Assembly: GCA_963767735.1 (NCBI GenBank)
Contig: CAVYES010000004.1
Location: 128,001 to 192,000 of the forward strand
DNA length: 64,000 bases
Direction of reading: 5' to 3'
Source: Candidatus Bathyarchaeota archaeon
GTDB taxonomy: Archaea > Thermoproteota > Bathyarchaeia > Bathyarchaeales > Bathycorpusculaceae
Both the position numbers and the translations under genes were made by a program. The notes under the pieces were generated by a model that was given only the letters and a program-made list of their open reading frames with translations, searched no databases and was not told the DNA's origin. This document shows positions 1 through 10,723 of the stretch, in pieces. Position 1 is the first letter of the stretch, and the number at the start of each line of letters is the position of its first letter.

Positions 1-1
1 T

Positions 2-847
2 AATGGCGGCTCAGGCAACAGTACTTCCGCCAGCTTTTACACCAACTACGGTGATTATCCAACCTTCATACAAGAGATCAGTAACGGAGTAGTATACCTA
101 GCTTCTACTGAGCACACTATCACCGACCCGATTTACAAGGGCGCGCTATTTCGAGCTGTTAATGCCACTACAGGACAACAAATATGGACCCTTTCAAATT
201 ACCTCAGCAGTAGCACTGTTGCTATCGCAGATGGCTATGCAACAATGTTCAACGGTTATGACGACCAAATCTACACTGTAGGCCAAGGACCTAGTGCAAC
301 CACAGTACAAGCACCGCAGATGGCTATCACAGCAGGCAGCAAGGTAGCTATACAGGGTACAGTGATGGATATTTCCGCTGGCACAAAGCAAACTGAGCAG
401 GCAGCTGACTTTCCAAATGGTGTTCCATGTGCATCTGACGCAAGCATGCAAGCCTGGATGGGCTACGTTTACCAGCAGCAGGCAGCACCAATCAACTTCA
501 CCGGAGTTACAGTAACGTTAACCGCTATTGATCCGAACGGCAATTTCATCACCCTCGGCACAGCCACAACTAACTCAAAAGGCTTGTATTACTACGATTG
601 GACGCCTTCAAGCATTCCAGGCAACTACCTCGTCACCGCTACATTTGCTGGCACCAACGGTTACTGGGGATCAAGCGCAGATACCGACATGGTCGTACAA
701 AATGCACTAACAGCAACACCTACAGCTTCACCTGTTACAGGCTTGGCATCGACAGGAAGCTTAGAGTTAGGTATAGCAGCCGTAATAGTCGTTATAATCA
801 TAATCGGCGCTATACTGGCAATATTGCTGATGAGAAAGCGTCCATAA
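2..847 (+). CDS. PQQ-binding-like beta-propeller surface protein, C-terminal part (5' end outside the window)
   Basis: Frame open from position 2 (..AVNATTGQQIW.., IADGY), continuous with ORF 245..847; ends in an Ig-like domain, TM helix and basic tail (LLMRKRP). Confidence 0.8.
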   Translation, partial: NGGSGNSTSASFYTNYGDYPTFIQEISNGVVYLASTEHTITDPIYKGALFRAVNATTGQQIWTLSNYLSSSTVAIADGYATMFNGYDDQIYTVGQGPSATTVQAPQMAITAGSKVAIQGTVMDISAGTKQTEQAADFPNGVPCASDASMQAWMGYVYQQQAAPINFTGVTVTLTAIDPNGNFITLGTATTNSKGLYYYDWTPSSIPGNYLVTATFAGTNGYWGSSADTDMVVQNALTATPTASPVTGLASTGSLELGIAAVIVVIIIIGAILAILLMRKRP

Positions 848-1496
848 AGTGAAAACAAATCACCACAACTAAACTTTCCCCTTTTTTAGTTTTTAAAAAG
901 CAATGGAGAAAAGAATAGGGGCTGAGAAGGCTCTGGTTAGATTCACGATTTACTCAATCGCTCAGCATCGTGATGGCGCATTTGCATTTGCGTTCTTTTC
1001 TCCTCTAAAAGTCCCAGAGCCTCAGCAAACCCCAGAATGCTGAAAGATTTCACCAATTCATTTTCGTCTTTTTGAAAAAATAGGGCATAGTTTTGTCAAG
1101 TGGGATTTGAATAGCTCTATTCGTTATTCTGAAAATTTTCTTTTTCTATCTTATTGTTGAGAAATAAGATCAATTCAACAAGTTTTTAGGTTATTCTATT
1201 TCCTATAATGTATTTTTAGGAAATAGAGCGAGAGACAACTCAAAAAATCCTCAAATTAGTCGTATATTAATTCTCTGTCAATTACGTTATAATAAGAAAA
1301 TTGTGAATCTCGTTATTCTTAGGAAAAGCGCGCCGCGCTGCATTGTCTCTGAGCAGCGTGCTTTTGCCTAAAACCACTTAACCCCCTTCGGAACTGAAAG
1401 TAGCCAATACAGCTGTAAAATCGGGCGTTCAATGCAGCAGATTTCAGCATCTTGAAATAATGCCACTTGTTTTATTTATGGCATAGCTGAGTATTT

Positions 1497-1763
1497 ATGG
1501 CATTAATGTTCAAGGTAAAGGTCGGTAAACAGGGAAGAATTGTGTTGCCGAAAGAATTGCGGGAGGCCTGCGAATTAAACGCGGGGGATGAAGCAATTAT
1601 AATCGCAAAAGGAATGGAATTGAGCATACACCTTCATAAAGTCTCTAACGACCCAGTCAGACACTTAACAGAAACGTCGAAGACGATAGCGATAGGGTTA
1701 TCTGCTGAAAAATTAAAACAAAGGGCCAACGAGGAACGAATCAAAGAATTCCGAATGACTTAA
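1497..1763 (+). CDS. AbrB/MazE/SpoVT-family antitoxin
   Basis: KVGKQGRIVLPKELRE motif; directly upstream of a PIN gene. Confidence 0.85.
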   Translation: MALMFKVKVGKQGRIVLPKELREACELNAGDEAIIIAKGMELSIHLHKVSNDPVRHLTETSKTIAIGLSAEKLKQRANEERIKEFRMT

Positions 1764-1774
1764 GGCGGATTAAC

Positions 1775-2206
1775 TTGGAGCCAACTGCACAAGCTTACTA
1801 TTTAGATTCCTCTACACTCATCCATGCTGCAGATGGAAGCGCAGAATATCACCAAGACTGCCTAAACATCATAACCAAGGCAGCAAAAGGACAAATCAAC
1901 GCAGCGATAAGCTTAGAGACCTTGGAAGAAACCCTTTTCATCCTATCAAAGCTTACAACCTCAGTAACAGCCCTTAGCGTTGCACGGGACTTCTTAAAAA
2001 TGAGTAAGATTAAAAAATACGAAATGAATCTGACGATTTTCGAAAAAGCGTTAGAAATTATTGAAACAACGCCGCTGAAAAGACCACAAGATGCAATAAA
2101 TGTCGCAACAATGCTTGAACATCACATACAAACAATAATCAGCGAAGATAAAGATTTTGATAAAGTGAACTTAATACATAGAGTTCACACAAAAGACTTT
2201 GTATAA
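1775..2206 (+). CDS. vapC: VapC-type PIN-domain toxin
   Basis: YLDSS...EE...QDAINVATML...ISEDKDFD PIN acidic motifs. Confidence 0.85.
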   Translation: MEPTAQAYYLDSSTLIHAADGSAEYHQDCLNIITKAAKGQINAAISLETLEETLFILSKLTTSVTALSVARDFLKMSKIKKYEMNLTIFEKALEIIETTPLKRPQDAINVATMLEHHIQTIISEDKDFDKVNLIHRVHTKDFV

Positions 2207-2480
2207 GCATACATAGCCGCCTTGTTTCTGGAGTTAAGTCAAACGACATTTACTACACATCCGTAGCACTACAGCCTGTATTAAAAAAATAAACTATTCT
2301 GTCGGTCACTATCCACTTTCCCGATGTCAATGTAACTTCTCGTCTAGCAGAAAGAACACTTGCCTCCCAAAAGCCTCAAAAATATCGATTTCAGCCTCAT
2401 ATTTTCATCCCAGAAACCCTCAAAAACGTAAGGAAAGCTATAGAAGGTTTTTTAGAAGTTAAAACTAAGCTTTTAGATCA

Positions 2481-2648
2481 GAAAGTCAAGGTGAAAAGGT
2501 TGAAGTAATAATCGAACCTTCCTACTTTGAAGAAAGACCCAAGCAAATCGAACTCATAAAAAAGCTACAACAAATAGAGCCAAGCGCTGAAAAAAGAAAA
2601 ACAAAAATAAACTCCGCCACTCTCGTTAGACAAGATAGAGAACGATAA
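2481..2648 (+). pseudogene. Antitoxin remnant
   Basis: Frame reads GEKVEVIIEPSYFEERPKQIELIKKLQQIEPSAEKRKTKINSATLVRQDRER*, matching the C-terminal half of antitoxin 11233..11451; no start codon and no toxin follows. Confidence 0.65.
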
Positions 2649-2657
2649 AAATACTGC

Positions 2658-3341
2658 TCATTTTGCTTTGCTAGCGCTGTTTGTTTTGGGCCGCAAAGCT
2701 CTTAATCCTTGGAATGAGGAGATAGCAATGAACACAAATAAGATGATGTGGCCTGCGGCGAGAGCTATTAGTATATTGCTAGATAAAATGTATGTTGTTA
2801 AACTGCTTACAGACGACCAGTGAGAAGCAAAAAATACTGCTGACGTTGCCAAGGCCAAGAGGGGAAGAAGCATAAGTGTATTTCTTTTGTCAACAGAAAA
2901 GAGACGTTTCAAATCTCTGCTGTACACAATGATTCCAAGGGCTAATATTAAACCGGCTATTTCTAGGGTTACATCTGTAAGAGAGGGCATAGGAATGCCA
3001 AAACCGACCCATGACGAGTTGAAAGGCCAAAATATCATAACCTTGCCCATCAATAAGTCTCCGAAGGCAAAGTGTTGCACTACCGCTACAAAGTAGGGAA
3101 CTGATTTTAGCCGGAAAACAATGAAGAGAGGCACAAATATGATAATCCAGAAGAAAAAGGAGTGCGTAACAGTACGATGCACTACGCCGAGGTTGCCGAG
3201 TAAGAGGTCGGCGTCAGACAAAATTCCCAGTAACAAAATGAGGGGCACGATAAGCTTTCCGCCGCGTTTTACGCCGGGAATTAAAGCCCAGGCTAACATA
3301 GCCCAAACATAAGCCCAAGCCATATGCCCAAGAAAATACAG
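2658..3341 (-). CDS. Membrane-bound metal-dependent hydrolase (YdjM/DUF457-like)
   Basis: N-terminal GH, SDAD and HRTVTHS motifs with multiple TM helices; probable CTG start at 3341 after a GGAGG SD. Confidence 0.75.
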   Translation of the reverse strand: MYFLGHMAWAYVWAMLAWALIPGVKRGGKLIVPLILLLGILSDADLLLGNLGVVHRTVTHSFFFWIIIFVPLFIVFRLKSVPYFVAVVQHFAFGDLLMGKVMIFWPFNSSWVGFGIPMPSLTDVTLEIAGLILALGIIVYSRDLKRLFSVDKRNTLMLLPLLALATSAVFFASHWSSVSSLTTYILSSNILIALAAGHIILFVFIAISSFQGLRALRPKTNSASKAK

Positions 3342-3636
3342 TTAAAAGCTCCTCCCTAATTTTTGGTGTTACCATTTAAGTTGATGTTCTAAAGGTGAAA
3401 TAGGGAGTCACAATTAAGGGTTCTAAGCAGGTTACTTTTTTTAACATGTTATTTTATGGGAGCATCTGGGTTGTCAGGCTTTTCATTTTACAAAGCATTA
3501 GTTTCTGGAGGTGTTCAGAATAACTCTAATTGTTATGTTGACCCAAGCAAAAATTTCATAATTGAAAACAGAAAAAAACAAAAGCCGAAACTGCAAACGA
3601 CCAATCATCCTAAGCGCGCGCTGCGATAAGCTGGCT

Positions 3637-4515
3637 CTAAGTATTTAGAGGAGTCAGAATCAAAGTTCTGAGTATTCTAAATCCCTGCTGTATTTTTAGA
3701 ATCTCCTCTTGAGTGAGATTCAAGATTTTTACTGAGGACAAATCTTGAAAAACATTGAGGTATGAGTATTCTTCCATTTTAAACCCAGCTTTCTCGAAAA
3801 ACTGTTTTAAGTCATTTTCGTCGTCAAAAATGTTGCTCTCAAGGGCGGTCTCGGTGCTGCTAGAAATGCGGGTTAATCGTTTTTTCGCGTTCTCATCAAA
3901 TTGGGGAACTTTTTGCAAGAACTGCTTAGTGTGAACGTCCGTTGTAATCCAGAGTCCAGGGTATTTTTCAAGGAGTTCGTGGATGTTTCCGGCTAAGGCC
4001 TTTCTTTCGCCGCGAGTGAGATAAGGGAAGAGTCCTTCAGTGATGATTGCTAACGGTCTGTCATGTTTGAAAGCAACGGCTGCAGTTAATAAACTGTCCA
4101 TGCTGAAGCAGTTTGCAGGTTGAAAATAAAGATTTGGGCGCTCACTATTTAACTTGACGAGTATTGCTTCAGCGATTTCTTTTTCTTCTTCAAGAATCTG
4201 AGGTAAATCAGTAGCCACATAAACCACATCGGGGTTTCCGGTCATTGCTAAACCGCGAGGCGAAAGTCCAGCGGCTAATTCTAGAACCTGCGTAATTCCG
4301 TGTTCTGTGAGAATTCTATTAGTGACTTTATATCGTGCCTCCCACATTGGAGCGAGTCGAATCATTGATTTTGCGCTTTCATCAGCTAATTCGTGGAAGG
4401 TTTTCTCTGCCCCACTTTTCGCTGCAATCTCCTTGGTGAATGGGATATCTGTAAACGTCCTGAGGTAGGCCACTAGTTTTGCGGTTGGACTTATTTTCTC
4501 ATCAGATTCTTTCAT
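3637..4515 (-). CDS. Class I SAM-dependent methyltransferase (LCM-like)
   Basis: QVLELAAGL, TDLP and IITEGLFPYL motifs. Confidence 0.8.
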   Translation of the reverse strand: MKESDEKISPTAKLVAYLRTFTDIPFTKEIAAKSGAEKTFHELADESAKSMIRLAPMWEARYKVTNRILTEHGITQVLELAAGLSPRGLAMTGNPDVVYVATDLPQILEEEKEIAEAILVKLNSERPNLYFQPANCFSMDSLLTAAVAFKHDRPLAIITEGLFPYLTRGERKALAGNIHELLEKYPGLWITTDVHTKQFLQKVPQFDENAKKRLTRISSSTETALESNIFDDENDLKQFFEKAGFKMEEYSYLNVFQDLSSVKILNLTQEEILKIQQGFRILRTLILTPLNT

Positions 4516-4518
4516 GAT

Positions 4519-4667
4519 AAAGCTGAAGTCTATGCTTCTGAAAAAGGTTTCTAGATTTCATGTTCATCTTGTTCGGGTAGGACTCACCTATAAGCTTGAA
4601 CGTACCCAAAAAATGAGCTCCCACCTCAAACATAAATACTAATTTATTTTAGGGACAAGCCAGCGCG
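4519..4667 (-). mobile_element. Left-end remnant of the IS found intact at 45551..46652
   Basis: Minus strand reads CGCG-CTGGCTTGTCCCT...GAACAAGATGAACATG...CTAGAAACC..TTCAGAA...TAGACTT, colinear with 45547..45700. Confidence 0.75.
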
Positions 4668-4670
4668 GGT

Positions 4671-4898
4671 TTAGTTTGTTAGTATTTGTTCTTCTTGTTT
4701 TGGAATCATAATTAATTCGATTTCGTTGTGGTTTGTTGGTGTTTTGTTAGTTGTTTTTTGTGGTTGCTTTGTTTGTGGCTGATTTGATTGTCCTATCCAG
4801 TAGAGGCTCCAGCCGGCTACGAAAACTATGGCAAGTATGGGTGCTAGTAGGAATATTGTGAGTTTGCTGCGTTTTTTTCTGTTGGTTGGTTTTATCAT
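4671..4898 (-). CDS. Small single-TM protein (GWxLY family)
   Basis: LAPILAIVFVAGWSLYWIG; paralog of 11987..12232 and 24236..24379. Confidence 0.65.
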   Translation of the reverse strand: MIKPTNRKKRSKLTIFLLAPILAIVFVAGWSLYWIGQSNQPQTKQPQKTTNKTPTNHNEIELIMIPKQEEQILTN

Positions 4899-4989
4899 GG
4901 GTTGCCGTTATGATCTTGTGGCTTAATTTTTAATATAAAAGCTTTATGAATTGTCAGTAACTAAAAGGCAATAGTCGAACACTCGTACA

Positions 4990-5007
4990 GATTAAATTTT
5001 AATCCCC
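4990..5007. repeat. 18-nt repeat with palindromic core, GATTAAATTTTAATCCCC (copy 1)
   Basis: Identical copy at 7775..7792. Confidence 0.8.
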
Positions 5008-5320
5008 CTCCTCCTCCTCAACGACGAGGGGTGACCTACCCTGCATGAAATGAGCATGAGAGGGCAGGGCATTACAAATCTGCCCCCTGATAATCAAGTA
5101 ATATTGCCCCCACAGAGGGGGGCAGTAAAAACCAAGTGCCCAGTAGGGTACCCAACAGGGTATTGATTCAGGGCGAACTATAGTATATAGTAATAGTATA
5201 AGGTAAGGATAAGGAATACAATAAGGAGATATTCGGAACGTCCCGAATATCTTTCTAAGGACCTTTTTTCTTGGCAGGGTGGGAAAAGACTATTCTGACA
5301 AACCCAACGCGCGCGTGTTT

Positions 5321-5980
5321 CTATTCGACTGTTTTCCACGCTTTTGCAATGAAAACAATGCTCAGTATCGAAAGAATGGCTATTGCCAGTCCAATTTCCC
5401 AAACACTGTTACCATCTAATGGCACTGAAAATAATATTCCAGAAACTATTAGCAGACTTACTCCCACCATTGAAAGACCAAATATTTTTTTCTTTAGTAT
5501 CAATTTTCCAGCAGTTAAACCGCTCTTTAGCGACAATATTGCAGCTGTTAAGCCAAATGCAAATGCTAGAATGCCATAAACACCCACATACTCAAAATAA
5601 ACATAAACGCTTATTACCCCAAATATTCCAAGAAGTAAACTCATGCAAGAAGCGATTATCGTTAGAATACCAGCAATTATTGGCAGCGTTGGTACTACAA
5701 CCTTTTCTCTCAGAGCAATTATACCACCTGCAAGCAAAAGAATTAATGGCAGGATTCCATACAAAAAACCACCAAGTATTAATGCTGAGACTCCTGCAAT
5801 AATCATAAGAGCGCCACCAAGTTTCTTACCCACAGCCGCACCTGCAATTCCCACTATTCCAGCTATGAGGAATCCATATGGAATTACGGAAGTAGAAAGG
5901 GTATATAACAAAGCCACAAGTATCACGAAGATACCACCGACCACTCCCAGAATGAAACTTAGTTTCACCTTTCGTCTCAC
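5321..5980 (-). CDS. Multi-pass membrane protein (DUF4064-like N-terminus)
   Basis: Gly-rich TM helices arranged in two similar halves. Confidence 0.65.
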   Translation of the reverse strand: MRRKVKLSFILGVVGGIFVILVALLYTLSTSVIPYGFLIAGIVGIAGAAVGKKLGGALMIIAGVSALILGGFLYGILPLILLLAGGIIALREKVVVPTLPIIAGILTIIASCMSLLLGIFGVISVYVYFEYVGVYGILAFAFGLTAAILSLKSGLTAGKLILKKKIFGLSMVGVSLLIVSGILFSVPLDGNSVWEIGLAIAILSILSIVFIAKAWKTVE

Positions 5981-6426
5981 TTTTCCACCTTCTCCCTAAA
6001 AAGATTCACAAATAAGTTCAAAATCAGAAGTGGGGTCTTCCACTTACCTGTATTCAAAAACCTTAACTCAGTACTCTATTTTAAGATGTGTGACTGTGGA
6101 AAAACAGTTACAAGCTTCAGCATCTTTTCTATTTCAGCTTTGTCCAGATTTAAGACTTATCATCAATGGAAAGCACTGTTTAACTGCTTAAATCACCTTC
6201 CTGAACAACTCTGCCCTTTTCCTGCCCTTATGACATACCCCTAATTTCTTCAGTTAGGTGCGTCCTAAACAAAGGAAGTGTGTGATAATTAGTATATTGA
6301 ACTGAGAGTAACTAATAATGAACTGATGGTATCACACTACCTTTCTTTCCCTGCATTCAGCGTAGTTTTCCTGTTCTGTTCAGGTATTCAGCATCAGTTA
6401 GTGGTGGCGCGCGCGTTTTCGGTTTG

Positions 6427-7296
6427 TCAAATAAGAGAAAAAGAACTGGCTGTTACCGTTATCCCATCTTGATAGCCAACTAACTTATTGCTTAGGTCTA
6501 TGCCAATAATTTTTTGTGGGCCTGTAGCCTTGAAGGAAACTGTGAATGTCTGACACCCTTTGTCGCTTGCTTGGAAAGTGTAATCAGTCGGTGTTACAGT
6601 GGCTTCGCTGTCTGTTGTCGTTATCGTAACTTTGCCAGTATAACCAGTTACTGTATTATCCTTGTCATCTTTTGCTGTGACAGTAACAGTGCCAGAAGTT
6701 CCAGCTGCTATCGTTGGGGGGAATCCAGAAACAACCAAACTTGCAACAGTTGAAATAGATGTGGTGACAGCAGGAGCAACGCGCGGGGTAACAGCAAATA
6801 ATGTGTCGGTTAAATCGTCAAGTTTTGCGTTGAATTTTCTAAATGCAAATCCTGCGAGAAATCCTATACCACAAAAAAGCAAAATACTTTTTGAATAGTC
6901 GATTTGCGTGGGTGTGCCTACAGCCCATAGTCCGCCTGCAATCAAGAGATAAGCCACCCCGCCTGCTATGAATCCAGTTATGGGTTGAAAAAAATACCAC
7001 AAAATGGCAGAAGAAGGATATTTGGCAGAAGAAGGAGGCCCCTCTTCGAATTCAAGCCAGTGGTTAATAAATCCATGTTCTATCGCATAGAGCACTCCCC
7101 CAATTCCTCCGGCAATTCCAACGTCCAAGACTGTTTTCAATACCAAACTGCTCAGGTGCATCAAATACACAAAAGCGGCAATTGCCAAAAGTGCAAATAG
7201 AGCGACTATAAGGTAAATACCGACAAAGTTCCTAGTCTGCATTCTTCTTCCCAAAAGATAATCAGGCTCTTCTTTATTCATTCTTTTGAACCTCAA
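6427..7296 (-). CDS. Membrane protein with C-terminal Ig-like domain
   Basis: Four TM helices (GGIGG..WYFFQP..FLAGF) followed by AAGTSGTVTVTAKD..NTVTGYTG, similar to the repeats in 14544..16544. Confidence 0.7.
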   Translation of the reverse strand: MRFKRMNKEEPDYLLGRRMQTRNFVGIYLIVALFALLAIAAFVYLMHLSSLVLKTVLDVGIAGGIGGVLYAIEHGFINHWLEFEEGPPSSAKYPSSAILWYFFQPITGFIAGGVAYLLIAGGLWAVGTPTQIDYSKSILLFCGIGFLAGFAFRKFNAKLDDLTDTLFAVTPRVAPAVTTSISTVASLVVSGFPPTIAAGTSGTVTVTAKDDKDNTVTGYTGKVTITTTDSEATVTPTDYTFQASDKGCQTFTVSFKATGPQKIIGIDLSNKLVGYQDGITVTASSFSLI

Positions 7297-7649
7297 AGAT
7301 ACTGTGGTGGTCTTGATACTTAATTTTTTACTTTTTTACTTAAACTCAAACTATTGTAAAGCGACCACCCTCAGATTTTTTGTGACATAAGGTTTTAGTA
7401 AACTCCCTATCTCTATTCCATCCCTTTTTTCCTGTAGCAGCAAGCGTGAAAAAACGATGTTTCTTAATGCAGTACCTTCTTTTAATTTAGAAATTTTTTC
7501 TGTTCCTGCTTCCTCTCGAGCGAGCAATCCACCGGAAAAAAATGCTCCGCCTTTTTGTCTGTGTGTGTCCTCCTGCTTGCCCGCATGCTCGCTCACCTAT
7601 ATGCATGCATGCCTGCTTGCCGTTCGGGGGAGAGAGGGTAGGTAGGAGA

Positions 7650-7760
7650 ATGTGTGATTGAGTGACAGAGAGAATTTGAGTGATGGAGAGATTGAGTGAC
7701 TGTAAGTGACTGAATGATGCAGTGAAAGTAAGTGATGCAGTAAGTGTGTGATGGTGAGTT
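7650..7760 (+). repeat. Low-complexity (G/A)AGTGA repeat tract
   Basis: Multiple GAGTGA/AAGTGA units in a non-coding, purine-skewed stretch. Confidence 0.6.
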
Positions 7761-7774
7761 CGAGAGAGAGAGCG

Positions 7775-7792
7775 GATTAAATTTTAATCCCC
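7775..7792. repeat. 18-nt repeat with palindromic core (copy 2)
   Basis: Identical to 4990..5007. Confidence 0.8.
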
Positions 7793-8112
7793 AAACCCAA
7801 ACCCAACCGCACTCTCACATATTCACATATGGTACCCCCCGTACCCGCCCGCGTGTGGTCAATAAGTCACTCTGTCACAAAAAGCACTGCCTATGTCAAT
7901 GCTAAGGTTTACTTTTTGATGGTGCGCGCTGAACCCATCTATACATAATAGCAAGTTTACTAGACTTCACAAGCTTAGTTAAGTTGACTTTGCAAAACTT
8001 AGTTAAAATTGACAATTAACGATATTGAATTTCTCAAAACTATATAATAAGTCGTGCGATAAGATGAATCAGCAAGAAACGGCAAGCGCTATTTGGAGGA
8101 AGAACGAAAAGA

Positions 8113-8334
8113 ATGCAAACTGAAGAATTAGGGTGTCTAGCAAAGAAAGTAAGAAACTCTTTGCCTAACGTGGAATCGCTTCCACTATCCACAATCTATA
8201 CCACAATCAAAGAGCAAGAGAAAACAAATATGAATTTACCAGACTTTAAGGCATTAATTTTTCATCTGACTGGCTGGGACATACCATTCCAAGTCATACG
8301 CAGACAACTTGAAATAAACCAGATAGTATGGTGA
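8113..8334 (+). CDS. Hypothetical protein
   Basis: ORF with GGAGG SD and an upstream TATA-like box. Confidence 0.55.
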   Translation: MQTEELGCLAKKVRNSLPNVESLPLSTIYTTIKEQEKTNMNLPDFKALIFHLTGWDIPFQVIRRQLEINQIVW

Positions 8335-8335
8335 G

Positions 8336-8385
8336 CGCGTGTCAGTTATGGGTTGACAGACAGTTAGACAGACTAACTGACCGCG
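8336..8385. repeat. Mini inverted-repeat element flanked by CGCG
   Basis: GTCAGTTA (8341..8348) and TAACTGAC (8374..8381), with CGCG on both sides. Confidence 0.5.
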
Positions 8386-8496
8386 CCGCGCTTATATTTT
8401 GCGAGGGTTAATCTTTCCTATTTTGTTGTATTTTTGTGTGTTTACTCGATTCCGATACTTTCCAAGCATTAATATAGCAAGACAACGCTAGGGTAT

Positions 8497-8727
8497 TTGG
8501 GGAACGTACACTTGGATAGACTTCAAGCTGTGGCTCTCTTTAAGGAATTGGCAGCTAACGGTTTAGTTGAGCCTTCTTATGTGTCACTGTTTCAGATTGA
8601 GGCTAACGCCTTTCAAATTCAGATAAAAGGCGGTAACAAGACAGAGCTAATGGATTATGCAAAGAAATTCGGATTAACCATTGAAGAGGCTAAGGAAGGA
8701 AAATACTTAGTTATCTATAAACCCTGA
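8497..8727 (+). CDS. Small hypothetical protein
   Basis: Protein-like composition; followed by a T-rich terminator-like tract. Confidence 0.55.
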   Translation: MGNVHLDRLQAVALFKELAANGLVEPSYVSLFQIEANAFQIQIKGGNKTELMDYAKKFGLTIEEAKEGKYLVIYKP

Positions 8728-8931
8728 CTTATTTTTTATTATTTTTTTATAAGGGGTCGCCTTTCTCATGTTTTTTACCCGCGCGCACAGTTATTCTGTG
8801 GAATACTAAATTTGAAGGTGACTATAGGGCGAAAAGTTCAAATTCAAGGTAAACCAGTTTTCTGTCTGGATAATTTTCATTATAATATTCTCTTTTGTAA
8901 TTAGAGATTTAATTCAACAGTTGGGATAGAA

Positions 8932-9114
8932 TTGCCTAAGTTAAAACAGTTCACAAGAAAGGAGCTGAAAAAATTCGATGGAAAAGAGGGAAGACCTGCT
9001 TACATCGCCTTCAAAGGACTGGTCTTTGACGTTTCAGATAGCAGACTCTGGACTGGTGGAATCCATCAAGGTCACCATTCAGCCGGAAACGAATTTGCTA
9101 AGCGCGCTTTTTAA
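8932..9114 (+). pseudogene. Truncated cytochrome b5-like heme/steroid-binding protein
   Basis: FTRKELKKFDGKEGRPAYIAFKGLVFDVS..W..G.HQGHHSAG; homology ends at GCGCGC (9102), before the expected second heme-ligand His. Confidence 0.75.
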
Positions 9115-9172
9115 ATAACGTTTTAAATAATAGTTTAACTAACAAATTACCGTTAAACGAGTGCTGGTATAA

Positions 9173-9958
9173 GTGGGAAAAAGAGATTTGCAGTTTACTT
9201 CTTCGACGCAGGTTGTCATGGCTGGGTTGGTCGAGGAAGAAAAAAGAGTGTTGGTACCAGTGCAGAAATGGGATTTGCAGGTTCCCCCTTCGACGCAGGT
9301 TATCATAGCTGCTTTGAACGAGGAAGAAGGCATAGGCCCCACCATATCCGAGCTAAACAAAACATTAAAGAATTCTCGGATTTTGGTTGTTGACGGCAGA
9401 AGTACAGATCGAACCGTTGAGATTGCCAAGAATATGGGTGCTGACGTTGTTGTCCAAGATGGGTTAGGTAAGGGTGACGCGTTAGCGAAGGCGATTAAGC
9501 ACTCGGATTTAACTGTTGATTATGTGGTCATTACAGATGCAGACTATACGTATCCCGCTGAACACGTTCCTCGGATGATCCAGATACTTGAGAAGAATCC
9601 TGATGTGGGTATGGTTTGCGGTAACCGTTTCAGTGGTTACTTAGACCTGAAAGGGTTGAATTACTTTTTTTATCTTGGCAATAGATTCATAGCTTTTACT
9701 CAAAACTATCTAAACGGCGTCTGGTTAGCCGATCCGTTAACAGGGTTGCGTGTGATGCGCGCGGAAATTCTTAGACACTGGAGGGTGAAATCCAAAGGCT
9801 TTGATGTCGAGGTGGAGCTTAATCATCACGTGAAGCGAGAGGGTTTCGGCATCGCGGAAGTTCCCATTAAATACCGCGAAAGATTAGGCGAGAAGAAACT
9901 AGGCGTTAGACATGGCGCCGAAATTTTGAGGCGTATAATGTTAGAAGCAACATATTAA
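9173..9958 (+). CDS. Glycosyltransferase family 2 (DPM synthase-like)
   Basis: IIAALNEE, VVDGRSTD, TDAD motifs; N-terminal segment tandemly duplicated. Confidence 0.9.
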   Translation: MGKRDLQFTSSTQVVMAGLVEEEKRVLVPVQKWDLQVPPSTQVIIAALNEEEGIGPTISELNKTLKNSRILVVDGRSTDRTVEIAKNMGADVVVQDGLGKGDALAKAIKHSDLTVDYVVITDADYTYPAEHVPRMIQILEKNPDVGMVCGNRFSGYLDLKGLNYFFYLGNRFIAFTQNYLNGVWLADPLTGLRVMRAEILRHWRVKSKGFDVEVELNHHVKREGFGIAEVPIKYRERLGEKKLGVRHGAEILRRIMLEATY

Positions 9959-10013
9959 ACGCGGCGCGATTTAAATGCCATTAATCGCATTACAGTTTGT
10001 GAGGCACAAGATA

Positions 10014-10277
10014 ATGGCAAAAGAGAAAAAGCGTCAAGTCTGCTTCCGAATCGAAGACTCAATCGTGAATGAAATGGAGAACATAAGAGATAAGACCGGG
10101 GTCCCCGTCAGCACTCAAATCGAACTCCGCCTAAAAGGTTTCACTATAACCAGCGTTAAAAAAGAAGGCACCCCGCAAGGAATTTTGCAGTGGTATGAAA
10201 GCTTTCACCAAGACGAAAACTACGCAAAAAACCTTGACGAAGCAGTCAATAGAATGCGGGAGCTGAAACTTCACTAA
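10014..10277 (+). CDS. RHH-like antitoxin
   Basis: RQVCFRIEDSIVNEM N-terminus; stop overlaps the PIN start (TAATG). Confidence 0.6.
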   Translation: MAKEKKRQVCFRIEDSIVNEMENIRDKTGVPVSTQIELRLKGFTITSVKKEGTPQGILQWYESFHQDENYAKNLDEAVNRMRELKLH

Positions 10278-10662
10278 TGGTTTGTTTAGACACAACTTTT
10301 TTCGCAGATCTTTTTCGAAAAAACCCCGCTGCAGAAAAGAAACTCTACGAGCTCGCAAATGAGACTGAAATTGTTTCAACAACTGTTATGACAATTGCGG
10401 AGCCTACAAATCTCAGAATGTGAGTGATGAAATGAGAAATGTAGCAGCGGTTCTCAGCAGTTTTGTAATCTTGGAAATGAACGAAGAAGGCGCAAAAATG
10501 TTCGGAGAAATTCTGAGCACACTGGAAAAAAAGGGCCAAACAATCCCTGACAGAGACATCCTTATCGGAGCTATTTCTTTGTCAAAAGGGGAAGAAACAA
10601 TAATCACTAGAAATGGAAAAGACTTCGCCAGAATCCCGGGACTTAAAGTCATAACATACTGA
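10277..10662 (+). pseudogene. vapC: Frameshifted VapC PIN toxin
   Basis: MVCLDTTFFADLFR... in one frame and ...PDRDILIGAI..IITRNGKDFARIPGL in another. Confidence 0.75.
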
Positions 10663-10723
10663 CCACAAAGACAACCACCCGCAACTTTAAAAAAGGATTA
10701 CATTGAATCGAGGTAAGCAGCGA

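Noticed and set aside
3600-6430. Integron attC sites after accessory genes
   Set aside because: No consistent RYYYAAC/GTTRRRY boxes or folded arms; the GC tracts are better explained as IS targets; no IntI gene
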